This document shows positions 46,593-59,500 of a DNA stretch of 64,000 bases, piece by piece. The notes under the pieces were generated by a model. That model was not told where the DNA came from and ran no database searches. It saw only the letters and a list, made by a program, of their open reading frames with translations. How positions within the stretch are numbered: the stretch's first letter is position 1; each line of letters starts with the position of its first letter. Origin of the DNA: Takakia lepidozioides (lineage: Eukaryota > Plantae > Bryophyta); contig CM060734.1 in assembly GCA_030704615.1 (NCBI GenBank), positions 17,298,001-17,362,000 on the forward strand, read 5' to 3'. The position numbers were made by a program, and so were the translations under genes.

Positions 46593-49500
46593 TAGATTTT
46601 AGACCTCTGCGGGCCTTGACAAATTAAGGGGGAGTCGTGAGCGATGTCTTTATCAGGGTTGCATTCGGTAGTATTGATGTGAATGTGAGGTAAGGAGAGC
46701 GGGTAAGGAATATGGCGGGCATCTGGGAGTTGTGTCTGGGAGACATGTTGCTGGTGAATGTGTGTCAGGTAGTTAGTGTTGGTTTGTTTATGGAACGTAG
46801 TGAGGAGGGCGAGGTTGTGGATGGGGTCACAGTTGTCGTGTGACTCAAAAAGGTCGTCCTCAATTTGCCAACTGTTGTCATTTGAGGAAAAACCGGCCCA
46901 TTTGCAAGGTAGTACGTATCTAGGCATGTAGCGCCAAACGCGTCAGTTGATGTCTGGGTTCTAACCCCGAGAATGTCTTCAATGATGAAGGCGGTGGGGT
47001 TGTTAGGGGTGGCACTAGAAGTGGGAAAACTAGGTGGGGGAGGAGGGGTGATTAGATTGTCCTCGATGCTGTTAGAAGTTGGGGAGAGGGTGGGGGAGAT
47101 TTGAGTGTGCGAGTGAGGGGGTGAGGGGCTAGCGGGGTCATGACTAGGAATCGGGGGTATGTGGTGAGGAGTAGGAGGGGCAGGGGGCTGTGGCGAGGGT
47201 CGGTGGTACAAGTATCACCGGCATGGGAGGATTTAAGCATTTGTAGGATAGAGGAGGTGGGGGCGGTTCGATAGGCGGGTAGTAGGTCTTGTGGACTGTG
47301 GGGGAAAAGAAGATAGGGTAGGTCATATGCAAGGGTAAGTGAGGCTGACAGGTTTTGGTAGTGGCTCTGGAGTGTTTGAGAGTGAATTCTCCGGGGGTCA
47401 AGAGGCGGTTGCCTGTGGCTGTGGTGAGCTAGGTGAGGGTCGTGATGTGTCGCCCTTTGAAATATTTGATGATAAGTGTTTTTTGGCGGGGGAATTTGCG
47501 TTCGAACTGAGAGAGGAAAGGGATAGTAAGCCAGGTGTAGTGTGAAAAGAAGGGGGCATAAATCCCCTTCTAGTTAACTCCTAAATTGTTCCTTACCCAA
47601 ATATACACTTACTGCCCTATGGCTCACACCACAATTAACTACTTCTACTCTATTCATGATCAGAGATTGGGTACCCTCATCCACGCCGCAGCGGAAGAGA
47701 AGACATGGACAGGGGTTGAGAAGTTTCTATAATTTGTAACTTGGCTCATTTGTAAACAGGGGATTGCATATGCCAGGGTTCTGTTTCCTAAATGTTTCAA
47801 GACATACATTATCACAAAATCAGGTTAGCCAACACCCATGAAGGGCAATCCCTTAATAATACTGGTAGGCCAGTTCCATGAAATACACATCAAGTTTTAT
47901 GGTCACTGGTTCAACTACAACCAGCTCCGAGTTCTCCACACACATAGCCTCACTTTGATGATCCGCCATTCCTCTTTCAAGATCTCTTTTCCCCATCCCT
48001 TTGATTCAAGGACATATGACACTTTCAACCCTCTCAATCCCTTCTTGCAGATACAAAATGGGCTACCAATAATCACCCTCAAGTGATCTTCTCTGTTGCA
48101 GGCCTCAGCCCCTGCATGCTTCTAAGTAATCATGCAATCAGCAGCCAACAGGTTTACTTCCACCTGATTCATTCTCTCTGAAAATGCTACTGCCTAACCT
48201 AATAACATGCATGTTGCCCTCATTGTAGGTCATGGGCACTTCTTCTTTACTCTACCTCATTCACATCCTCCCAAAACAGAAAGCATCCTATGTTTAAGAA
48301 CTGACTTCCCAACTTCTTGTAGCACTCCACATAACTTCCACCCTGCCTCACTTTCTCTCTACCACCAGGACTGGTATGAATTCCAGAAGTCTCCATTCCA
48401 TTTGCCAAAATCTTTTTCTATCTCCCTCATTTCCATTGAGAGTATCTCTACCAAAATTCCATAGCAACTATCCCTAAGTCAGAGAGGAGGAAATGCATCT
48501 ACGAACTTAGCTCTCTTATACTCCAGCTGAAGCGGTGGGATTGCCTGCCCGAGATGGCACCTCACCATCTCTATCAGCAGCTACCCTAACTCCTCTTGTC
48601 GTCTAAATGCCACGTTGTAAAAACAAAGATCTATGCATGTCAAATCCTGTCATTGCTCTGCCACTCCAGCTTTCAGATATTCGTCGATTCAAGCGTTCAG
48701 TGAGTCATGATGGCACTGTTTCAGCCTATGGCAGTAACCCTGTCGCTTGCCAACTAACTACCCTATCCTTCTATGCATGCAATTCTTCCTTACGAATTGA
48801 CATGGTCCTATAGCAAGAAGACACAAAGCAGCTAGAAACTTTTGATTACAGATAACTTGAGTTGGCATCCAGCCAACACTCCACATGCCTTATCCCCTCC
48901 ATTGATTGTGCCCAGACTCTCTTCCTTGTACTTCCGGCAGCTGGCCGTTTTCCTTGCTTGCTCATCTGCCCATAACTGTTATCTTCAAGACAATGGCGGC
49001 AGCGGTGGTGCACCGCTCTCATCACATGCTCAGCCTTCAGAATTGATCAATACTACGAAGAAGGCGGCACCGCTTCCCCTTGCACAGAATGCCAAGCAAG
49101 AGCCCTTAACGTCGCCCTTTAAAGCAAGCTGATTCCCCTTGCGTAGGTGGAACTTTCTAAGACATACTGTGCTGCCAACACCACTGCAGCAGCTGCGAAA
49201 AGTTGCCCGCAATCTTCCCCTTCGTTTTTCACAGCCCGAGCTTCTAGGTTTAAACATCATCGATGAAAATCATTCATCCTAGGGATGAAAAGGCGCATGT
49301 CATAACTTAGCCATATTTTGTCCTGGCAGAGCAATAGCATAGTGTTCCCATGGAATTACCTGTAGTCATGGATAATTCCTTCCCCTCATTAGCACCAGGG
49401 CACTCCCTTTGTAGCAATGCCGAATCCTGATGCCAAACAAAATTTCAATTTTACTCCCCTGCATTCACACTACACAGGCCTGTTCGAGGGGAGATGAGGA

Positions 49501-50171
49501 TTTGGGGTAGTCAAGGAGATTGGTTTGCACACTGGTTTCATCTAGCGGAGTATGAGTAGGGAGGGGCGATAGGGGAATGTAGACAAGACTGTGAATGTAG
49601 GAAGGGTAGTGAGTTGGAGGCCAGGTGTTTGAGTAGCCCACGGTAGATGAGACCTAGACGACCGGGGTCGTTGAGGGCTTCTAATAGTTGGGAGCCAAGG
49701 GTGCGCATATATGATTTTATTAAAGGACTAGTACCAATGCCGTAGCTGTCCGTGGAAGTTGGGTGAGAGCATTGGGAGTGCTAGTTGGAAGACCACAACT
49801 GCGCTTAGTGAGTTGGATGATTTGTCTGTCAATCTGGATGATGTCAGGGAGGGAGAAGGGAGCTGCATGGAAGGAGTATTGGACTTGTGGTTTTAGGACT
49901 GATTGTATGAGGGTTAGTTTAGGCCTGATGGCTATGGGGGCTTTGAGGAGAGCCAGAGCCTGTGTATTCCGTGGAGCTGCTAGTATAAATATTGCCAATA
50001 TGTTGTATAGCGTCTAATGGGTAGCCTAGGTCTGTCATAATGGCGAGTAGTCGTGGTCTAAGGAGTCGAAAGCATTTTTGAAATCGATATATAGGAGATA
50101 TATATCTTGTTTTGTGAGTTTGGTGTCTTCTAGGGCAGATAACACAGATTGTATTTGTCATGGTTTTAGTC
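46593..50171 (-). mobile_element. Internally deleted non-LTR (LINE-like) retrotransposon fragment with chromodomain-like segment, inserted in the 5' LTR of element B
   Basis: RT-like ..IDFKNAFDS..RLLAIMTDLGYP (~50000-50110) and a post-RT helical region (49720-49998). FIIEDILGVR...YYLCKWAGFSSNDNSWQIEDDL (across a frameshift) at ~46850-46990. No TSD or poly-A. Confidence 0.7.
47536..49474 (+). mobile_element. TGTAGTGTGAA-TIR non-coding element, copy 3 (diverged subfamily)
   Basis: Same termini and a perfect 4-bp TSD CAGG (47532-47535 / 49475-49478). Patchy internal similarity to copies 1 and 2. Confidence 0.9.
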
Positions 50172-51189
50172 ATGTGACCGTGTGATATCGTGGTTCACGG
50201 CTCACGGTTACTACACTACCCACTACTGCTCTCGTGGTAATGTACCCTTGTCCCGCCATTGGCTAAGTACCGCGTACTTAGCCGTCTCTGCCTGTGGCTC
50301 AGGTAGTGTACGTCCATCACTACACGGTATGTCCCGTTGTGACCCTCGTTGTCTGTTCCTCGTAGCATAGCCGTTATCAGGTAGACAGGCTTACACAGCC
50401 AGTCACAGCCCGTCACAGTCTATCACAGCTTGACACAACTTCGCACAGTCAGACACAGCACGACACAGCCCGACACAGCTTCACACAGCCAATCACAGCC
50501 CGACACAGTCCGACACAGCCAGTCACAGCGTACATAGGGAACAATTATCATTGGCAGGGAATGACGTGTGGGAACGACATCTGCAGGGGAAACATGTTAC
50601 TTCTTGGGGTGACAGTTAGTTAGTTAGGTGGTTAGAACAGCTTGCATGTAGATGAGGCAGAGCAGCAACGAAGGAGGGATCACTTCTTGGGAGAGCGACT
50701 TGATCAGAGGGAGAGGAGATGAAGCGGAGAGTGGGAAACAACGAAGATAGGAAGATGACTTGGTCGATGCTTAATTCATGCAAGCTGCAGAATCATACAG
50801 TAGAGCAGATTAGGGACACCATGGCATTGGCCTGATACCTGATAAATCTTAATCTGATACTTATTCGATACAAACACATTGTGTAGAGAGACATGAGTGA
50901 AGTTGTGGAATGAATGGATGAGTAAATGGAATCTGGTAGTTACTGAAGTAATCCGATGCTTCAGTATACACAGTAAGGTAATTTGCTAACATGAAGGCAA
51001 GAAGAAATACAAATAGGAAGCACAACCATGATACACTAGCTGTAGGTCATGACTGATTGTTCTGAGATGGCTGAGTGCTTAGAGATATCCAACTCGTCTA
51101 TCTTGGAGTTTCCACCTCGGATAGCGAATGGATGGGCTAGTAAAAGCCGCTCGACATTTGGCAACATTTCCTGGAAACTGGGTCATGAA

Positions 51190-51744
51190 CAACCAGATGT
51201 GATAGGCATCTGGTGGGATCATGGTGGTTGGAAAATTAAAGAATTTGATGTGAATCAAATTCCCTGTGGAACTGAGAAGGAAAGATTGTCCAAACAATTC
51301 TTTCAGAGGTTCTTGGAATTGCCAGACGGTTGTAAAGAAAACATTCTTAAGAGAGTGCATGATGCTGACCCTGAGTGGGGTCTGCTGAAATGAGTGATAA
51401 AGATTTATCAGGTGGCCTGTAGAGGGAGAGCAAGTTGGTTACTAACACTGGTTTATGTGATAGCATTGCTATCCATTAAGTGAGTAGAGTTCGAAGGTTG
51501 GGAGGAAAGGAAAGTGAATGTTTATACTCATATGCATGAAGAGCTTGTACTGGTAAAGAATTGGATTCCTAAGGATATCTTGTGGATCAAACTGACACCA
51601 AGAACAGCTTTTCAGACGTGCTTGCCATATGGATATATGGTAACAGAGACCTCTAGTATAGCCAAGGGTGCATTGAAGCTTGAAAGAAATCCGGGCATAT
51701 ACGAGAGATACTACAGGAAAGAGTTTTGGTTATTGCCTCATTAA
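51190..51744 (+). pseudogene. Extra 5' ORF of family A copy 3 (with stops)
   Basis: ORFs 51049-51393 and 51514-51744 match 10125-10775. Confidence 0.6.
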
Positions 51745-51764
51745 AGATATGAAAGACATGGGAC

Positions 51765-54700
51765 ATGAGTGATGAAAGAGAAGCTAGACTCCAGAGATAT
51801 TCAGCAAAAAGAGAAAGTTATCTGAAACCTAATTATCCATATCTTTGGGCGAGAGGAATAGACATAGGGGAATCATCTGGACCTCTCACACCATTAAGAT
51901 CAGAGAGTACATCACCCATACCGGAAGAACTAGAGTTGGATGCCACTCCTTCTTATTCTTTACAAGAAAGATTAAGGGATTTGGTACAGGAAGAAGATCA
52001 GCCACGAGGGAGAGATATGAGGTACATCCCTCGATAAAAGATTTGACAGAAATCTTTGATAAGAGTTGGCATGGAACACCAAAAGCAGGAACTCTAGTTT
52101 CTGAAACGGAAGACAAAGAAGGAGGGGATGATGTGGCAGAGCCAACAGAGAGTTCAGATTCTCCAACACCATTGCAATTGAGTTATATGAGTGAGGAAGA
52201 AGAAACCCAAGGGCAAAACTTGGAAGCTGAAAACAGAGAGAAGAAATTGTAAGATGAAGAGTATGAAGAAGTAGACCCAACAGTTGAGGTTGAGACTATG
52301 ACCAGGACATCCCAACCTGTTGGACCTGGAACAAGTGGAGCACTTGGATCACAGGCCAACAAAGGTGTCGGCTCAGGGGGATCAGGCGGGCAGCCTGGAT
52401 CTAGCTCTGGGGAGACAGGAAGTGTGGGAAGTAGTGCAACTGGAGCTGGGAATACTGTGAATATAGTGGGGCCAGTAGCAAGGAGTGCTCAGGGGCCAGC
52501 ACCTGGTGGGAGTTCCACCACTACTACAACAGGTCCTTAAGGACCAACACCAGCAGGGGGACTAGCACCTATCAGTGGGCAGGGTGTAGGGCCACAGATG
52601 GCGGTACAACCAACACGGGAAAAACCACCTTTTCCAATATATGCAGGAAAAGGGGATCCCGATGTACACATCAGCCAATTTGACCACATGTGTATTGTGA
52701 ACAATGAAAATGGCGATGATGCCAAGATGAGACTGTTTCCATGTTCACTTATTAAGAAAGCAAGTGAATGGTATGCAAGATTCCTTGATAATCATTTCCT
52801 GACATGGAATGGCCTTAGTACGGCATTCCGAAATAGGTTCAGGACAAGCAATACCGAGGACGAAGTGTATGGAAGTTTACAAAAGTTAAGGCAAAAGAAG
52901 CATGAAACTGTTGAAGAGTACATGGAAAAGATGGAATTAATGATGAAGAAGCTAGCTGTTGTACCAGCACCAGGGTTACAGAAGACTTGGTTTGTGAGTG
53001 GACTAAGACCAGAGTTGCAAAAGAAAGTGGATATGCTACCCCATAATACAGTGGAGGAGGCATTTGAAACAGCTAACATAATTGAGCAATTGGGAATGCT
53101 CGGGAGAGAGAGAAAAGGGATGATGAGGACTCTGAGGAGGAGTCAGATGAGGAAGAAGAGCAAGAGCTCAAGAGGAAGAGTAAGAAGAGGGAAAACTATG
53201 AGAAAAGATTGGAAGAGATCTTGAAGAAGTATGCCACAGAGGCTGCAACACATTGGAGGAAAGGTGTTTGGTGTGCAAAATGCCAGAATGAAGGCCATAC
53301 CACAGCTGAATGCCACATGAAGGAGAAACATTGTACTATCTATAAAATGGATAACCATTCTACTGAGAATTGTTATTACAATAGAAGGACGGCTGCAAGA
53401 GAACCTAGGCAAGTAAGGGTGCATCAAGTGCAGCCCCAGCCAAGAAGAAACAGTGATCAAGACCACTATGGTAGGCCTGGTGGTTATAACAATGGTATGG
53501 AAGGGAGAGGTAATCCAAGAGGGAATTACCAAGGCAATTCTAGAGGCAACTATCAGGGTAATTCAAGGGGGAATTACCAGCCAGGGAATCAGGATTATAG
53601 AATTAATCCTAGAGCAGATCAAGGGCGAGGACCCAATGGTGAAGAACTGTGTTACTATTGTAATCAGACAGGACATCGCAAGGCAGCATGTCCATTTTGG
53701 ATCAGACACCAGAATGAGATGAGAGCTCCTGTGAATGAAGGCCCAGTGGTGGCAGTTCACAGGGTTAGGCCATGTTTTGTACCAGAAGTGAGTACGATGA
53801 TAGTAACCAGAAGCAAAGCTAAACTAATACCTCCAGTAGATGAGGAAGATGATGATAATGAAGATGGCAGTGATGTGCCTGAAGATGATGAGGCTTGGAG
53901 AGATGAGAAGGAACTACACAAGGAAGTGGCTGATACCATAAGGGAAATGCAGAAGAGTACTGATATCGCTATGGCAGATTCCTTTGATTCTGAAAGAGAA
54001 GATGAAGTGAGTGAAGATGAAGTGAAGAAAGAAGCTGCACAAGTGCAGAGTAATGAAGGGACTTTGGCTGAAGTAATATGCCAGTCCAAGCGGAGATTGG
54101 AGATTACCATTGGACAGCTATTGGCTGTGGCACCTCATTGTAGGCACAGACTGTATCAAGCAATCAATCAGATTGCCCATGTGACAGGGAAACACAGCCT
54201 GAACAACAAGGTGACAAGCTTACTGTGAAGCCAGAGGGCGAGAAACAGTCAGGGACTTTGGATTCTATGCCATAGAGAATTGGAAGCCCTGACTGATTGT
54301 ACTGATAGATAGGGGCTCGGGAGTGAATATTATGACAGACCAATTAAGGCAGAAGCTTGGTCTAAATAGTATGAAACCAGCCCCATTCACAGTAACGATG
54401 GCAGATCAAAGAAGTGTTCAGCCATTAGGCTTGATAAGATGAATTAAGATACAGATTCAAAAGATGATTTTTAAGATCACAGTTACTGTGTTGAAAATAG
54501 ATGATGTCATGGAAGCTTACTCTTTATTGTTGGGTTGACCATGGCTGAAACAGGCCAGGGTATTCCATGACTGGAATTCCCAGTTACTGACTGTGCATGA
54601 TGGGAAGCACAAGATACAGGTCACCACTAAGAAATCTAGTAGGCTACCTGCTACCAGGAAGACCTCGTGGAGTTAGAGAGTATGACTGGAGGGGAGGACT

Positions 54701-56565
54701 TGATGAGGAGCAGGAAGCTACCCTGTTTGCTGCACACCCAGATTGGGAGCAAATTGCAGAAATGCAACTGGGAGGCCTAAGTTGTTTAAAATGTATCTGC
54801 TGTGGTGTAGTAACAGCAACACCAATTGAGGGTGAAACAAGCAGTTACCCAACACATTTCTATGAAGAAAGAGAGGGAGAAATGGAAATCCTAGAAGAAC
54901 CAGCCACTGTGAGTTTACAGGATGAAATAGTGACTGGTTGGACAATCACAGCTGATGAGCAGTGAGAGAAGTGAATGTGGGAACTAAGGAGGAAGGAAGA
55001 GATGAGAATGGTGAAAGTAGGGGCTGATTTGGAGCCAAAATTCTTTGAGGAAGCTAAGAGTCGTTCATCAAATACAGAGATGTATTTGCTTGGAGCTATG
55101 AGGATCTGAAAGGGATACCACCTGAGATTTGCCAGCATAAGATTGAACTAGAACCAGGGTCGGTACCAATCAAACAGGCTAGGTACAGGATGAATCCTAA
55201 CTATGCACAGAAGGTTGGGGAAGAGATCAAGAAGCTGGCTGAGGCTAAGATCATATACCCGATAGAGTATACAACCTAGTTGTCACCCATTGTGATAGTT
55301 CCCAAGAAGAATGGTAAACTGAGAGTTTGTGTGAATTATAAGAAGCTGAATGCTTGTACAAAGAAATATCCCTTTCCCTTGTTATTCACAGAGGCTGTAT
55401 TGGACACTGTGGCTGGCCATGAGATGTACTCATTCATGGATGGCTTCAGTGGGTATAACCAAGTACAAGTGCAGAAGAAAGAAGAAAGAAGAAGACCGGG
55501 AAAGACAGCTTTAATCACAGACTGGGGTGCTTATGCATACAAAGTCATGCCTTTTGGACTTTGTAATGCACCAGCAACATTTCAGAGAGTGATAAGCGAA
55601 TCCTTCCATGAGTATCTGGATGATTTCATGCAAGTGTTCTTAGATGATTTCAGTGTGTACAGTTCTAAGAATGAGCACTTGCATAAATTGGAGTTATGCT
55701 TGGCCAAATGCAGGATGAGAGGTCTGGGTCTGAATCCAGAAAAATGTACTTTCTGTGTGAACTTAGGGGTAATTCTGGGACACATTGTGTGTAAGAAGGG
55801 ATTACTTGTGGACCCCAGAAAGACGGAGGCCATTAAAACGTCACCACCACCAAGAAATGTTAAAGTCTAAGGAGATTCCTTGGACAAACCAGTTACTACA
55901 GAAGGTTTGTCAGACGGTATGCGCAGATGGCAGCACCTTTGAGTAAGGTTCTAAAGAAGGATGCAGTGTTTACATGGACAACGGAATGTAAACAGGCTTT
56001 TGAGGAACTTACATTGTCAGTAAAAACTACACCTGTCCTGATTAACCCTCACTGGCACGTAGTATTTAATGTACACTGTGATGCCTCAGGAGAAGCATTG
56101 GGAGCTGTGTTAGCCCAAAATATCACTGGAAATATAGATTCACCTGTGTACTATGCAAGCAGGTTGTTGAACAGTGCTGAAAAGAACTATAGCACAACTG
56201 AAAGAGAAGCATTGGCAATGGTTTATGCAATCAAGAAATTCAGGCATTACCTATTGGGAAGAAAGTTCATGTTTTATGTGGATCATCAGGCTTTGATTTA
56301 TCTGGTGAACAAGTCTTTGATAAGTGGCAGGATAACAAGATGGTTAATAATCCTGCACGAGTTTGAATTCGAAGGTGTTTACAAGCCTGCCCGTTTGCAT
56401 CTTGTGGCAGATCACTTGTCACGCCTAACAACAGGAGAGGCCGCCACGGGAGTAGAAGACCCATTACCTGATACGAGTTTATTTGCAGTGGAGATTCAAG
56501 GAAGTGCAAATGATTGGTTAGATTGGCAGTGGCCAATCAGATACTACCTTACTCATGGTCAGTGC
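51765..56565 (+). pseudogene. gag-pol: Disrupted gag-PR-RT-RNase H of family A copy 3
   Basis: gag 52598-54228, RT 55280-55870 (MPFGLCNAPATFQR, VFLDDF) and RH 55927-56565 (HCDAS, NYSTTERE). Many stops and frameshifts. Confidence 0.93.
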
Positions 56566-59500
56566 GGGGGCTGCTATTTCATGAGCGGCATGAGCATGAG
56601 CGGGGAAAAAAAAAACATGAGCAGACCATTGTGAGTCCACGGAAATAGGGTTAGGAGGCACGGAAATAGGGTCATGTGAAGTTGGAATGTGGCACCAGTG
56701 GACTTGAAATGCCAACTTCCTCCCTGCTCCTTCTCGGATTTTTCCTCATCCTCCGAGGATGCATCTTCCTCTTTCGGCAGACGTTCAGCCGCTGCAAGTT
56801 CCGAGTTGTGGAGGGCAGTATCTGGCTCGAAGGCAAACACATGTCTGTCGGACAACGTCCCTGCCCACATTGAAGCAACTGAGGAACAAAGTGGGCGGTT
56901 AATAGCTTGCGGCATGCAATTGCAATCGGGCCAGGGGACAAATTGAGCACGTGAAGGCTTACCCGTGCCGCATTGTGAGGTCCAGAATCCGCCCTTGGAC
57001 ATCCGAGCACGTCTCCATGAGGGTTTGGATGAAAGCAGGGCTCCGGGTCCGGCTGTACCGCCACGGTTTGCCTGTCTTTGTGTCCTTCGGCATACTGGAG
57101 TGGGGCACATAGTTGTAGAGGACATCGTAGGTTACAGGGTCCACAGCGGCATCAACAAGACGACCGTCATTGCGGAATTTGAACGTTAGACCCTCTCTTC
57201 ACAAAGCAATATGCCTCAAACACCAATGTCTGCACATCCAACAAAGAAGGGATCAACTCCAAGGTCTACTTAACATACACCACAATATGAAGTGAATGAT
57301 GCAATAGATGATAACTTACACTTTGGCCCTCTGTTTGCAACCCCTGTGTTGATGCAGAACCATTTTCTGAGGAGGGGACGGGGTGACACTTTTCGGTTGT
57401 CCACCTTGCACCGAATCTCTGTGGTCTTCCCTCCGTGGCAAGGACAACCACACATCCACCATCATCCAGAAGCATCCCCGCCAGCCCAAACCGGCTTTCC
57501 AGTAGTCCTCAGTAAACCTTCCAGGTGGGCACACCATCCAGGCCCTCTAGCAGCTCCCCATCTGGAATGTTGAGGAGAATCATGTCGCAAGCTCTATCCA
57601 CCTCAAACCCCCCCCCCCCCCCCCCCCGAGTGCTCTTGCAATTCGTGCTCACAGCCGTGAAGAATTCCATCATGGCTTCAAAACCAGGGGTGTCTTTAGG
57701 CTCTGTACCGACAGCCCTCTTCTTGGCTTTCCCCTTTCTGCTCCGCCAGAGACTTGCTGTGTGCCACCTTCTTCGCCCTGGCAGCGAGAGCGTCAAGGAA
57801 GCTCTCATTGACGCATTGGATGATGGTTGGAGGTTCTAGCTTTGGCCTGTGCGTAAACGTCACCGCCGAATACCGCCGTGTAGGCTCGCCCTCAAATGCC
57901 AACTTCTTGGCAGAGCCAGTCCCACTCCGAACTGACTTGGGAACCCGGATGACCGGTGACTGGGTAGGAGCAACAGCAGTTGCAGGACCTTGAACAAAGT
58001 CGTCGTCCGAGTCACTCTCTTGGGTCCCCTCTTGCGCCTCCTCCGATGCCCCGATGGTTTTCTTCTTTTTGGGTGTTACTGCACTCACCTGTTTCCTTGT
58101 CCTTTCCTTTGGCCTTTACTCTTCTCATGCAATTTCTCCTGAATTCCTGCCTGAGCAAGCTCTGCCGCTTTCTTGGAGTTTGCAAGCGCTTTTGCCTCTT
58201 TTGCACCCAACGGAGGCAGCGGAGCCCGGTTTTGTGGAATTCAGCATCCAGCTTCAATTGAAACTCGGATGGGTCGAGCGAGCCGGGCGGAAGGTCCACA
58301 TACCAAGGGCAATCACGCAAATGTTCCAGATGCCACTCCTTCACAATATCGTCAGTGTACATGGAGTCAGCCCCAGGGTTCCTCCATGCCAGGAAGAACG
58401 GTGGCTCGAAAGACAGATGATCTTTCTCCAAAAGGGAGAACTTGCAGTACCTGCATTCATGAAAAACACAATGAGGTCCCTGAAATGCATATTCGGCACC
58501 ATTTTCCCAGGTTGGGGCGGATGTGAGTGGGCCTAGAAATGGAAAAATGGCGCCGAATTTTGGTTTTCGGTGACTGCCACCCTAGGGACTTAGCCATCTT
58601 GGGAGCCCTGAACTGGAAATTCGGCGCCATTTGTCCCGGTTTGGCCCGAAGATGGCTAAGTCCCAGAACCGCAATAGGGCCTAGAACTGGAAAATGGCGC
58701 CGAATTTCCAGTTCAGGGCCAGCCACCCTAGGGACTTAGCCCGAAAATGGCTAAGTCCCTGAACGGCAATAGGGCCTAGAACTGGAAAATGGCGCCGAAT
58801 TTCCACTTCGGGGCCAGCCACCCTAGGGACTTAGCCCGAAAATGGCTAAGTCCTTGAACGGCAATAGGGCCTACAACTGGAAAATGGCGCCGAATTTCCA
58901 GTTCAGGGCCAGCCAGTCTAGGGACTTAGCCCGAAAATGGCTAAGTCCCTGAACGGCAATAGGGCCTACAACTGGAAAATGGCGCCGAATTTCCACTTCG
59001 GGGCCAGCCACCCTAGGGACTTAGCCCGAAAATGGCTAAGTCCCTGAACGGCAATAGGGCCTACAACTGGAAAATGGCGCCGAATTTCCAGTTCAGGGCC
59101 AGCCAGTCTAGGGACTTAGCCCGAAAATGGCTAAGTCCCTGAACGGCAATAGGGCCTACAACTGGAAAATGGCGCCGAATTTCCACTTCGGGGCCAGCCA
59201 CCCTAGGGACTTAGCCCGAAAATGGCTAAGTCCCTGAATGGCAATAGGGCCTACAACTGGAAAATGGCGCCGAATTTCCAGTTCAGGGCCAGCCAGTCTA
59301 GGGACTTATCTCCCGAAAGAATAGGTTGGTTTTGTAGAGCAGAAAGTACCTCGTCACATAGTCACGTAGGCTCTCTGCTGCAGGAGATATCTCCATCTTG
59401 AACTGATGTGCTTGTGTGTCCAGCTGCTCTTGCGCATTCGTCGTCACCTGTGGAGATTCTCCATCAGATCGCTTTCCTGAAAAAATACAATGAATCCACC
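56566..59500 (+). mobile_element. Second, deleted copy of the MTase-carrying MULE (left TIR plus methyltransferase exons)
   Basis: Same TIR GGGGGCTGCTATTTCATGAGC at 56566. Near-identical to 32274-36160 except for deletions at ~56712 and ~59308 and a rearranged array start. Confidence 0.93.
58540..59308. repeat. 95-bp tandem array (about 7 units, alternating variants giving a 190-bp higher-order period)
   Basis: CCGAAAATGG recurs at 58741, 58836, 58931 and onward. Units alternate CCACCCTAG / CCAGTCTAG. Confidence 0.95.

Larger units (their letters stand above)
18485..50379 (-). mobile_element. Ty3/gypsy family B, near full-length (non-chromoviral, Athila/Phygy/Selgy-like architecture) with three nested insertions
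   Basis: 5' LTR 32115-50379 (interrupted), PBS 32095-32112, domain order gag-PR-RT-RH-INT, extra 3' ORFs, PPT and 3' LTR 18485-19267. Confidence 0.92.
18344..56565 (+). mobile_element. Ty3/gypsy family A copy 3; 5' LTR split (18344-18484 and 50380-51156) by element B; interrupted after RNase H by a MULE at 56566
   Basis: TGTTAGAGGG LTR start at 18344. LTR sequence resumes at 50380 (GGTAGACAGGCTT, matching the A copy 2 LTR), followed by extra ORF, gag, PR, RT and RH. Confidence 0.82.
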
